DNA of 48,887 nt, taken from contig NC_068996.1 of NCBI RefSeq assembly GCF_001194135.2, positions 779,402 to 828,288 of the forward strand, in the 5' to 3' direction. The stretch is from Octopus bimaculoides (taxonomy: Eukaryota). The position numbers and the translations under genes are program-made. Positions within the stretch are counted from its first letter, which is position 1, and each line of letters opens with the position of its first letter. This document shows, in pieces, positions 25,114 to 37,012 of this stretch. The notes under the pieces were generated by a model. That model saw nothing but the letters and a program-made list of their open reading frames with translations. It ran no database searches and was not told the origin of the DNA.

Positions 25114-25140
25114 ACTAATTCGAAAATTAAAAATAACAAA

Positions 25141-25262
25141 ACAACAGTCAAAAAGACGTACACGTGGGATGTATTGGGTTGACGTTCAGTAAAGATGAAA
25201 AAAGTGGGTGGATAACGTTTAGAGCATGGCTCTTCGTCAGAAAGAGGACAGAGAGAAAGTCG
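25141..25262 (-). mobile_element. Penelope-like terminal-repeat-type fragment with hammerhead-like motif
   Basis: Minus strand CCTCTTT-CTGACGA-A-GAGC-CAT-GCTC-TAAA-CGTT. Shares GGATGTATT.G.TT.ACG and AACGTTT.GAGC...GCTCTTC..CAGAAAG with 28860-28990. The Penelope assignment is inference. Confidence 0.45.
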
Positions 25263-25680
25263 GGGACGACATGAAAAAAAGTTCAAATAAAACATGTTTG
25301 TGTTTACATTACATAAGACTGAAAATGGAGAGAGTTCTTTTTTTTAAGGTAGGAGAGTGCGAAAATCATTAGGGTGTGTGTGTGTGTGGTAGTGTCTGTC
25401 TGCGTGCGTGCGAGTGATTTATGTGTAAAGGAGTGGTTTCGGACAGGTCAGTAGCCGCAGTTCGATTTGGTGCGAGAGACGAAGTGATGAGTGGGTGATA
25501 GCGCTGTGTACGTACGTGGTTGTGTGTATGCGTATGAGAATGAGTATGTATATGGGTGTATACGTATGTACGCGCGCGTGTGTGGGGGAAGGTGAAGTGG
25601 CAAGTGCGTTGGTGTTGCTGTGCGTGTTGTACGTTTGTGTATGGGTTTGTGCATATGTGTATGTGAGGGCGTGTGTATTG

Positions 25681-25747
<67 letters not shown>

Positions 25748-26469
25748 TAAATAATATGTGAGTATATGCATATATACGTACATGTATATACATACCTACA
25801 TCTACATGTATATATAGATGCATATGTGGGTAGAGGACGTCACAAAAAAAAACGTGGGCAAAATGAGAAACAGAACATAAACAGAGCACAGAAAACTCAG
25901 GCCACATAGAGAACATTTCCTTTATAATTGCCACCATTCTAAAACTAAGCGTTTCGAAAAGTTAGGGCATATAAATATATATGCATATGTGGGAACAGGA
26001 CGTCATGAAACGTGTACAACAAAAACGTACGAAGCACGAGTATATTAACATGAACTATTCTTTCGAACAACGAAAGACACAATTGAAAAACAAAACAAAC
26101 AACACAAAGAACGACCCTTCATCAGTTGTTGGCTATTTTTCTAGTCTCGTATTTCGAACATTTAAACTTATTTGTGTATATGTTTATGTAAAATACACGC
26201 GCACGTGCACATACGTGACCTTCCGAATTGTCCTTTTCAAAAAATTTGGATTTTCTTCGTACTGTTTTATCCTTAGACAGACATGAAGTAAGAACTACTG
26301 TTCCTTTTATTTGATTGTAAGACATCTGTTTTTGTAACATTATGTGCGTAACAATTTTAATTATAAGTTTGTTCACGGCAGTGAAACGCGCACGCGTGCT
26401 CATTCATGAATATACTGTCATTAACCAACTGTAGACATCGTTTATATAGTATTATAAAGTTAATATATA

Positions 26470-26581
26470 GGCGCAGGCATGGCTGTGTTGTAAGAAGCTT
26501 GCTTCCCGACCACATGGTTCCGTGTTCAGTCCAATTGTATGGGAAGTGTTTTCTACTATAACCTCAGGCCAATGAAAGCCT

Positions 26582-26630
<49 letters not shown>

Positions 26631-26682
26631 NNNNNNNNNNNNNNNNNNNNNNNNNNNNNNNNNNNNNNNNNNNNNNNNNNNN

Positions 26683-26731
<49 letters not shown>

Positions 26732-26852
26732 CTATGTGTGTGTGTGTCTTTGTCCTCCCATCACCACTTGACAACCGGCGTAGGCGAGTTTACGTCCCCG
26801 TAATCTTGTGGTTCGGCAAATGAGACCGATAGAATAAGTACCAGGTTTAAAA
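26470..26852 (+). mobile_element. tRNA-derived SINE family B with internal (TA)n/(TG)n
   Basis: GGCGCAGGCATGGCTGTGTTGTAAGAAGCTTGCTTCCCGACCACATGGTTCCGTGTTCAGTCC head (A/B-box-like), internal microsatellite and gap, then CTTGACAACCGG..TTTACGTCCCCGTAA..GGTTCGGCAAA..GACCGATAGAATAAGTACCAGG. Confidence 0.88.
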
Positions 26853-28759
26853 ACTCTCACCGTGTTGATGTGATTAAAGCAACCCTACAAGATGGCACCC
26901 TGGAAACATTTGATTAAAAACTTCCAGCACAAAGTGAATCCACCCACTGAAGCGTGAATCCATCCATCAAAAGGTTACCAGTTCTAGATGAAATATGGTT
27001 AGAAATAATTTTAAGCTTAAAGAAATCCTCCCCTCACATTATATGGAACTTATGGGCAATAAACACCATGTTCTACAAAGAAATTGTTAATAACATATTT
27101 TAACTTCATTTAATGTTATTACTTTCTCACATTCTAAATATAGTGTCTGGATTTAAATTGTGAATATTTTTTGTTTCTCGTATATTTTACACAGCTTTCC
27201 TACTGTTTTATGATTTGAAAATATATTTTTAGTACTGCATCTGTTTTCCCACGACATTGTTCCTTTATTATGAAATTAGTATATATATTTTTTTATTACT
27301 ATTTAAATTTGATCGACAGGGAATACACCAGCTTTTTAATAGCGATTTATATTTACACTACTTTCATTCACACCGCTGAAAATTTACTTACAAATATACT
27401 AGATTATTGAATATTTTTTAAAAACTTATTTTGCTCGAAAAGAAAGTATGAATATTTAAATTTTCATTTATACTTACAACTAAATTTGTTTTATACTTCG
27501 GAAAATAAATAAAATAAATATTTACCTCTATTTTATATATTGTGTCTTATTACGCAGAAAATATTTGTTGGCTTCATGCAGTTTAAAGTAAACACAAGTA
27601 TGGATGTATGGTTCCATTTCATAAACACATGGTTCCTGGTCGTGACCACCGCTCGGAATTTTGGGTGTCCTCCATAATAGTTAGTAATTTACCGATGACT
27701 GTAAGTGAAATTTTCCGGATGGAAATTTATATGTATATTTGAATTCAAATTCTGTGCATGGGTCCTCAGAGGTGCAAGTAATTTGGCATATTCAAGACAG
27801 CAGAAGGCAATTAATTCACTAAAGGGATATAACACTGATTATTATAACCTTCGACAATTCGATATCGAGATATTGACTAAACGTCTAAGAAGTTAGGTTC
27901 ATGTAATTAACTAAAACACTTACGAATTGTTTCTCCAAAATGCATACACTCTAAAAATGAGAATTACTAAAAGAGTATTTATGTGTTTAAAGGCTATTTA
28001 TTGTGTGTAATGGTCAATAAGTTATATACTGCGAACGAACTAAGTACGCAGAGCCAAAAGTGAAGGAAACTGCCATCTTTGTGCTATGCTTTTGCAAAAC
28101 AATGGTATAATATGCGTACATATGTGTAAGAAGTGCACACTTTACCCATGTGTGGTACATATGTGTAATACACACACATGTCTGAGTGCATGTATGCAAG
28201 TACTTGGGTCCAGTTACTTATACAACTGAAATTTAAGGTAAGTATTTCTTTGTATCTTTTTCCTCTTCAACTATCGTTCAGTCGCTGGACTTTTCTCATG
28301 TATATATAGGCTTGGCAGGAAACAAATATATATATAAATACATGACCATACATATATGCATACATGAGTATACCCGAATACACCCATATGTGTGTGCTGA
28401 CTGTAAGCTGCATCGTGTAGTCGGGCCCTGGCACCGGAGTTCCATGGTTTCGAGGAGTGTGGAGTCACCTTTTAACCACTGATGTTCCCAGGTCTACTCT
28501 GAGCCAGAGTATAGTACCTGATACGGGTGAACTATTGGTAGTGAAGGATCAACAGGTCTCGTAAGAACTTCTTGGGAGTAGATAAACTCATATAAAAATC
28601 CTGGAGTACAGTTCATTTCTGATTCTACAGGTGTTTAAAGTGAAAATTGGATTCATACCACACGATATCCATTGAAAACGAATTCACGGTCTCTTGGAAT
28701 GAGTGCATTGAACTTACTAAGTTAAGGAAGGGCTTTACTCCTTCGCGAATTGACTTCCA

Positions 28760-28760
<1 letters not shown>

Positions 28761-28819
<59 letters not shown>

Positions 28820-28830
28820 ATATATATATA
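28761..28830. repeat. (TCTA)n(TA)n microsatellite
   Basis: Read directly. Confidence 0.97.
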
Positions 28831-28859
28831 TGGGAGAATGTACGAAAAAAAAACAACAA

Positions 28860-28990
28860 CAACAGACGAAGACAGGTGGTGTAAACAACAAAAGGATGTA
28901 TTAGTTTAACGCTCGGGAATACAGAAAGTCTTTAACGTTTCGAGCTACGCTCTTCAACAGAAAGAATATGGAGCAAACAAGGAGAAAAAC
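28860..28990 (-). mobile_element. Penelope-like terminal-repeat-type fragment with hammerhead-like motif
   Basis: Minus strand TCTTT-CTGTTGA-A-GAGC-GTA-GCTC-GAAA-CG-TT-AAAGA (28965 to 28929); homologous to 25141-25262. Confidence 0.5.
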
Positions 28991-29620
28991 AAGGAGAAAA
29001 AATTGAATGGTGTTTGGTCAGCGATCAATGAATAAATCACAATTATAACGGAGTTGCTTTTATTATTTTTTCGCCGTGGCTCGTTTAACTGGTTTGCTCT
29101 TATAAACACTGTGCATGTCGTTTGAATTCAGAATTTGAATTGTGTAGATAGACATTGACACATTACTCTTGCCGGTCGGGAGACACTTTAAGCCCCCAAC
29201 GTATGCTTTTTTGTGTTGCTGATTTTATGTACAGGAATGTCTTCCTGAAGAGAAGAATGGATCCATTTTTGTTCCTAACTTCGAAATTGCAATAGGGGAC
29301 TAACCTTTTATTTTTATTTAAATTTTGGATTCTTATGTCTTGTCGCTTGTCGACAGCATTTATAGTTGAGGAAATTAAACATGAGTGATTATAATGGCTT
29401 TATAGCGGTTTTGATTGCTATTTCTAGGCATGTAAGGGGTTTCATAACCCTCTCCGTTATAATTGTGATTTAAATTTTTGATTGCATGTTCTGGCCATTG
29501 ATATATTCGTAAATGATTTTGAATTGTTAACGATATATCCTAAGTAATATATCTTTACATTCACTCCTTTTCTTATATATATNNNNNNNNNNNNNNNNNN
29601 NNNNNNNNNNNNNNNNNNNN

Positions 29621-29657
<37 letters not shown>

Positions 29658-29895
29658 TATATGCGCGCGCGCGCGTGTACATAGATTTCTTTCATTTAAT
29701 AACAAATATTGCTATTTTGCATTTAATGATTGGTTAAAATGTCTACATGACTGTTATGTGTATTTGAAACAGGAAAATGTTAGTGCTAGATTTATTCTCT
29801 CTTAAAACAAAACACGAATAACATGCGTTGTTATATAATGAATGTAATGCATTATTCAGAAAGCAAACCAATGATCTAGTTAATTATTTAAGGAA

Positions 29896-29958
29896 CAGTT
29901 TTATAATATTCTGAGTTCAGTTCATTTACGGAACTGAACTCAGAATATTATAAAACTG
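29896..29958. other. Perfect inverted repeat: 28-bp arms, 7-nt loop
   Basis: CAGTTTTATAATATTCTGAGTTCAGTTC (29896-29923), loop ATTTACG, GAACTGAACTCAGAATATTATAAAACTG (29931-29958), the exact reverse complement. Confidence 0.97.
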
Positions 29959-30624
29959 GTTCTTGTAGCAGGAACTCGTTGAAAGAGAAATATCCTACTA
30001 TTTACTCAGACACTGGATGTGGTGATGATATTTTATAAGCAAGTTACTCCAAATGAGTCACTTGTTCCTCGCGCTTAGATGAAGTGAAGAAGAAAAACAA
30101 TCAAAAATACCTTTTTGAATTGAGAAAAGAATGTAAAGCTTGCTTTGGAATTGAGCCTAGCATCTATGAGCTACTAACTATCGATAATCCGATACATTAT
30201 CCATTCACTCATGTTACTCACGATCGCTCGAAAGTTCTAAAATAAATCTTTTATAACAAACATATTCAATTACGAATGATATACAACGCCAAGGAAATGT
30301 TAACTTTTGCAATTAATAGTTTCCAATATATTGATTCTTTAGGAGTTGGCACAAACCCAAATTTAGTAGAGGTGTGACAATCGGTTGATTAGCAGCAATC
30401 TATTGAATATTTTCTATAGTCTTAGTGCCTAAGAACACAAATAACCGAGGTATTTTCTCTTGAAGCACTGGTTTCTTTGACATTGTGTGTTTTATATCAG
30501 AACACTTTCAGTTTAATGCCCAAATGTCTTTTTTTTTTTTTTTTACCTTGAAGAAAAATAAACACTTTTTAAAGAAGCCATAATCAAATTCTTAAACATG
30601 CCAAAACACTCGGCCGCAAGCTGA

Positions 30625-30680
<56 letters not shown>

Positions 30681-30688
30681 CATGTACA

Positions 30689-30808
30689 GGTTAGATTTGA
30701 TTACANNNNNNNNNNGACCCCCAGTGCTCAGCTGGTACTCATTTTATCGATGCCGAAAGAATAAAATGTAAAGTCAACCCTGGCGAAATTTGAACTCTGA
30801 ATGTAACA
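30689..30808 (-). mobile_element. SINE family A, central portion
   Basis: GACCCCCAGTGCTCAGCTGGTACTCATTTTATCGATGCCGAAAGAATAAAATGTAAAGTCAACCCTGGCGAAATTTGAACTC matches 13040-13120. Confidence 0.8.
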
Positions 30809-30875
30809 TTGAACGCGCACAAGCAATTTATATTAAATATGCATAAATGAGGCTTTTTTAATGCATGAAAGATGT

Positions 30876-30922
<47 letters not shown>

Positions 30923-31059
30923 AGGAGTTTATGGAAGGTATGTTATCATATTAGAAGTGCTTTCAACAAAGACTTTTGTTCAAGTCGCGTCTACATTATA
31001 CTTCTTATAGTACAAAATATTTTTCAACATTGTTTTTAGTATACTTATAAGTAGCAATT

Positions 31060-31195
31060 ACACAAGGCCGAGACTTTTGCGTGTAGGTATAAGTGAAAAA
31101 TACTGAACCCATTACTGGACTATAACTTAATTTGGTACACACATGAAGGATGAGAGGATGTTTGACTTTAGTGGCATCAGAACGCAGAATGTTGA
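31060..31195 (-). mobile_element. SINE family A, very degenerate
   Basis: CACAAGGCC...GAAGGATGAGAGG...GACTT...CAGAACG occur in the same order as in 12989-13190. Confidence 0.4.
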
Positions 31196-32157
31196 GTACC
31201 ATAATTAAAACCACAAAGCAGTTTGTATGATGCGTTGAAGTCAAACGAAGGAGATGCACGTTTTAAATATACTGATTAATCACATATTCATTTCTTTTTT
31301 AAAATTCAAACTTATGGAAATGCAATCTTTGCCGAAATCGAACAGCAACTGATGTTCTGTAAATTATGCCTGAAATGTCTCTGAATTTGATCAATTATTG
31401 TTAAACGTTTATTTTCATTTCTTTCGTTCTTGGGTTGTGATGACCGCTTTATTTGACAGCTTTAATCCATTAGTGGATAGTGCGTACACAACTAATTAAT
31501 AAAAGCAGTAACAAGGCCTTGATTTCTCGGAAATTAAATGTACGCCGCCTCACTCACACCCTGTCGACTACCACTCACAAAAGTTCCAATACGTTCGCTA
31601 ACATATGCGCAATTCTTTAGATATGACATGTTAACTTTATTATGCATCGGCTCCACGTTCAATCAAGTTTTTGAATCGCACTAATTGTGTGGGAAGGTCT
31701 TGGTTATATGTTTAATTTCCTGCTTATCATATTGATATCTGTGTGTATGTTTCTCGCCTCCTGCAACTTTCTCTTTATCTGTATGTTTTCATCTCTTCTT
31801 GTTTGCTTTCTGCTTCTGCACGCAGAGAACCACAGACGCATTAACTGTCTATTTCTCTTTCTCTCTGTCTCTCTGTATATTTTTCTCTCTGTATCTTTGT
31901 CTCTCTGTATCTCTTTCTCTCTTTCTCCCTTTCTCTCTTTCTTACACAAACACACACACATACATATAAGATAGATAGATACCGACGTATATGTGTGTGC
32001 GCATGATGTTATGAAAGATTATGTCTATGTGTGTGAGTATGTATGTGTGCATACATATATACAGTATTTATAATATTTATACATATCTATCTACACGCGT
32101 ATTTCTGAGCGTATATATTTGAATATATGCGTGTGGATATATGTACGCATATGTATA

Positions 32158-32162
<5 letters not shown>

Positions 32163-32238
<76 letters not shown>

Positions 32239-32255
32239 GTATATATATATATATA
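32163..32255. repeat. (TG)n(TA)n microsatellite
   Basis: Read directly. Confidence 0.97.
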
Positions 32256-32256
32256 T

Positions 32257-32660
32257 TCTTTTACTCTTTTACTTGTTTCAGTCATTTGATGGCGGCCATG
32301 CTGGAGCACCGCCTTTAGTCGAGCAAATCGACCCCAGGACTTATTCTTTGTAAGCCTAGTACTTATTCTATCGGTTCTTTTGCCGAACCGCTAATGTTAC
32401 GGGGACATAAACACACCAGCATCGATTGTCAAGCGATATTGGGAGGACAAACACAGATTCACAAACACACACACATATACATATATATACATACATACGA
32501 CGGGCTTCTTTCAGTTTCCGTCTACCATATCCACTCACACGGATTTGGTCGGCCTAAGGCTATAGTAGAAGACACTTGCCCAAGGTGTCACGCAGTGAGA
32601 CTGAAACCAGAACCATGTGGTTGGTAAGCAAGCTACTTACCACACAGCAACTCCTGCGCC
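32257..32660 (-). mobile_element. tRNA-derived SINE family B, full length (best copy)
   Basis: Minus strand: GGCGCAGGAGTTGCTGTGTGGTAAG head, CORE-like ACCTTGGGCAAGTG motif, GGTAGACGGAAACTGAAAGAAGCCCGTCG, internal (TA)/(TG), 3' half ending CCAGCATGGCCGCCATCAAATGACTGAAACAAGTAAAAGAGTAAAAGAA. Possibly one of the published octopus OK/OR1/OR2 families; not checked. Confidence 0.92.
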
Positions 32661-32862
32661 TTGGTACTATATAAATACCTATATATATGTATATATGTAN
32701 NNNNNNNNNNNNNNNNNNNNNNNNNNNNNNNNNNNNNNNNNNNNNNNNNNNNNNNNNNNNNNNNNNNNNNNNNNNNNNNNNNNNNNNNNNNNNNNNNNNN
32801 NNNNNNNNNNNNNNNNNNNNNNNNNNNNNNNNNNNNNNNNNNNNNNNNNNNNNNNNNNNNNN

Positions 32863-32899
<37 letters not shown>

Positions 32900-32934
32900 A
32901 TGCATGTATATATATATATATTCTTTGATTCTTG

Positions 32935-33125
32935 TATTCTTTTACTGCTTTCCATACTGGAGCACCGCCTTTACTCGAACGAATCGACCCCAGGACTTAT
33001 TCCTTGTAAGCCTAGTACTTATTCTATCGGTCTTTTGCCGAACCGCTAATTTACGGGGATGTAAGCACACCAGCATCGGTTTTAAAGCAATGGTGGAGGG
33101 ACAAACACAGACACACAAACACACA
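32935..33125 (-). mobile_element. SINE family B, 3' half
   Basis: CTGGAGCACCGCCTTTA.TCGA.C.AATCGACCCCAGGACTTATTC.TTGTAAGCCTAGTACTTATTCTATCGG is nearly identical to 32300-32375. Confidence 0.9.
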
Positions 33126-33196
33126 CACTCACGCACACACATATCTGTATTTATATATGTGTATGTGTGTGTGTGCGTGTGCATATATGTATGCAA

Positions 33197-33228
<32 letters not shown>

Positions 33229-33267
33229 ATATACATTTACACACACACACACACATATATATATATT

Positions 33268-33316
<49 letters not shown>

Positions 33317-34154
33317 TTATATATATTTATATATGTATATATATGTATGTATGCATGTATATAAAATTGTTACTAGTTCAAAAGAGGTGGTTGAACAGAA
33401 TAAATGAAGTTGAAAGTGTAGGGAATATATTAGAATTAAGTACAATTTAATTATGGTTTAAAATAAAGAAATGCACATGATTGGTTTCAACGCATACACA
33501 CTCAACCGCATACACACACGTATGTACCTATGTATAGATGTATTTAGAGAGATAGATAGGTAAAGCTGGCTTCTCAGGAGTGTCATCAGACCATCGGATC
33601 TGATGTAATTCATAGCAACATTTACCACGCCACATTGTTTTGATTTCAAACCCGGACGTATCCTACGTGGGTTGATTTAATCCTTCCGTTGGTTCATTGC
33701 CATAAACATTTCCTTGACTACATTTTAGTTAAGTCTACTCTTTTGCAAGCAATCGCTGTACGTGAGCATGATGGTTAATATCTTATTCACTTAAAATTAC
33801 AGGACCTAAAAGGCAATATGAAATCTATGGAATCTTATAATTTGGAAAAAAGGAACAGAATAAACTATGAGCATAGAAATGTCCGATCGGGTGGTAGAAA
33901 AGAAGTAGGGTTAGCAGTGATAGTAAAACAATGACTTGCACTGAATTTAATTTTAATATTCACCGATTTATTTTGTAGTTCATTCATTGAAACAGAGATT
34001 TTACTAGTAATATACTGTACATATTTCAGAAGCCCTGATTAAATGGATGGCAAAGTCAATACTTGCATTACTGAGAGATGTCAGGAGCAGTAGAAAAGTA
34101 ACTGGACATATCAGAGGGTTTAGTTTAAGTCCAACTTCGGCAAGAACCGTCTAA

Positions 34155-34520
34155 TTATACATACATATATACATACATACATACATACATGCATGCATGC
34201 ATGCATACATACATACATTCATACATGCATACATACATACGTACATATATGCATGCATGCATATATAATACATGCATACATACATACATACATACACACA
34301 TGCATACATACATACATGCATACATACATACATTCATACATGCATACATACATGCATGCATGCTTACATACATACATTCATGCATACATTCATACATTCA
34401 TATATACATACTAACATACGCATGCATACACACATACATACATGCATACATTCATACTTACATGCAAACATACATATATACTTATAAACATACATTCATA
34501 CGCACATAGATACACACATG
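34155..34520. repeat. (ACAT)/(GCAT)/(TCAT) compound microsatellite
   Basis: Read directly. Confidence 0.95.
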
Positions 34521-34869
34521 TGCATACTCATACGCACACATATAAATTTGGTGTCAATAACAAATATCAAAATCGATATTATTTACTGTGCCCTTCAAAT
34601 ATTGATCTCTTGTCAAAGCAAAACAGGTTAATATTTTCATGAGTGTGTGTATGTGTGTGTGTACCTGTATTGAGTGTGTATGTACGTGTACATGTGTGTG
34701 TATGTGTGCATGCGTATATATCTATGCATACACATATTTGTATATGTATATGGGTGGATGCACGCGTGTGTGTGTGTCTGTGTGTGTGCTTGTGTATGTG
34801 TGTACGTGTTCATGCGTATATATTTATATATACACATATTTGTATATGGGTGGATGTGTATGTGCATGT

Positions 34870-34919
<50 letters not shown>

Positions 34920-35304
34920 CCGTGCTTGCATGTGTGTGTTCAAGCATATCCTAAAATCTGTTTCTAATTTTAGTTGAAATCCTGAGTTAAATTCTGCGTT
35001 TCTTCTGCCAGAATATAAAGACATTGCGAGTGAGNNNNNNNNNNATATATATAATTTGTGTGAGAGAGAGAGAAGAAAAGGGGGAGACAGAGGATGAGAA
35101 AGAGAGAAAGTGGCAGACAGACATATGTCTCTCCCTCTCATAGCTCGATTCTGTCAGTTCAGGAAAAGCTGATGAAGCCGCTCTGTATGAGCAATAACAA
35201 AATCAAACAACAATAGACACACAAACACAAACACACACACACTCGAATGCTATACTTCAGAAAGCCCTTTATCATTCAAGAATCTTAAAAATGGGGGACG
35301 GAAT

Positions 35305-35523
35305 TGTGTGGGTTCGCGTGTCCCATCCTCCACATTTTGACAATCGGTCTTTACGTCCTCGTAACCTTAGCAGTTCGGCAAAACAGTCCGATAGTATAAG
35401 TACCAGGGTACAAAAGAGACTGATAGAATAAGTACTAGGGTCAATTTATTCGACTAAATACCCGTCAATTCGGTGCCCCATCATGGCCACAGTTTACCGA
35501 CTGAAGTATGTAAAAAATGAAAG
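35305..35523 (+). mobile_element. SINE family B, 3' half with internal duplication
   Basis: TTGACAATCGG..TTTACGTCCTCGTAACCTTAGCAGTTCGGCAAAA; GATAGTATAAGTACCAGGG (35390-35408) then GATAGAATAAGTACTAGGG (35422-35440); CATGGCCACAGTT...GACTGAA. Confidence 0.78.
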
Positions 35524-36643
35524 GTAGTATATATATATATATATATATATATATATNNNNNNNNNNNNNNNNNNNNNNNNNNNNNNNNNNNNNNNNNNNN
35601 NNNNNNNNNNNNNNNNNNNNNNNNNNNNNNNNNNNNNNNNNNNNNNNNNNNNNNNNNNNNNNNNNNNNNNNNNNNNNNNNNNNNNNNNNNNNNNNNNNNN
35701 NNNNNNNNNNNNNNNNNNNNNNNNNNNNNNNNNNNNNNNNNNNNNNNNNNNNNNNNNNNNNNNNNNNNNNNNNNNNNNNNNNNNNNNNNNNNNNNNNNNN
35801 NNNNNNNNNNNNNNNNNNNNNNNNNNNNNNNNNNNNNNNNNNNNNNNNNNNNNNNNNNNNNNNNNNNNNNNNNNNNNNNNNNNNNNNNNNNNNNNNNNNN
35901 NNNNNNNNNNNNNNNNNNNNNNNNNNTATATATATTACTTTGACTTCTACGCCTAAAACATGAACGATTTTCTAACATATGTACAAGTTTTCATTTCATA
36001 AAATAGTTCTCTAATTTTCGGGTTCTAATTCCTGGAAGCCATGAAGACAGTTATTGGCCATCAGTTGTTCGTGGGCCACACCTAACGGAAAAAGTTTTTG
36101 AATATTTGTAGTAGTACAGCTTGCTTCCTAAAAATGTTATCCATGCCCGCTTTAAGTGGTCTCTCAATTTGCTGAAAATTGTAGCTAAGTTTTCTTAGCA
36201 TCACATTCTAGTCTTTTAAATAAGGCAAGAGCTATGTCGGTTGATGTAAACCTTAGACACACAGAAATCGATGTGTTCTACGAAAGATATGAACTAGGTA
36301 AAAAGAACATGTAGCTAGTATATTATTTCAATGAAAAGTATTTTCTTCAAAAACTAATGAATTGTCTGATGTGATAGATCTTCATTAAAAGTATTCTGCA
36401 ATAAAATAAATAAATCTTGCTGTATCTATTTAGGTCGCTTTGCGTTCTAAGCTACTTAAAGCTCTTCAGCTATGTCTGTAGGATACATAGAAAGAAGTTG
36501 CAGTCTTTTATTCTTTTCGTTTCAACGTTACACCATTTATGTTAGGTAAATTGGACTAAAAACGACTAAATAGCATCCGATGCATATTATTCCTGCTAGT
36601 GTTTAGCTCCAAGTCAGCACTGATCGAGTAGGCATACACTTAG

Positions 36644-37012
36644 AGGCGCAGGAGGGGCTGTGTTGTGAGAAGTTTACTTCCCAACTATATGGTTCCAGGT
36701 TCAGTCAGACAGCGTGGAACCTTTGGTATATGCCTTCTATTATAGCCTTGGGTCGACCAAAGTCTTCTGAGTGGAATTGGTAGATAGAAACTGAAAGCAG
36801 CCCATCCTATATGAGTTTGTTTTCCACCACAGTTTGACAATTGATGTTGCTGTGGTTACGTCTCTGTAACTTAGCGATCGCACTTAAAGAGACCCGATAG
36901 AATAAGTGTCATTCTTTAAGGAAAAAAATGAACGGGGGTCCAGTCGATCGGCGAAGATCTTTCAAGGTGGTGTTTCAGCATGGCTGCAGTTTGATGACTG
37001 AAAAAAGTAAAA

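Noticed and set aside
35170-35200. CTGATGA followed by a GCTC/GAGC hairpin as a hammerhead
   Set aside because: No GAAA after the stem and no stem I. The CTGATGA at ~5637 was rejected for lacking stem II.
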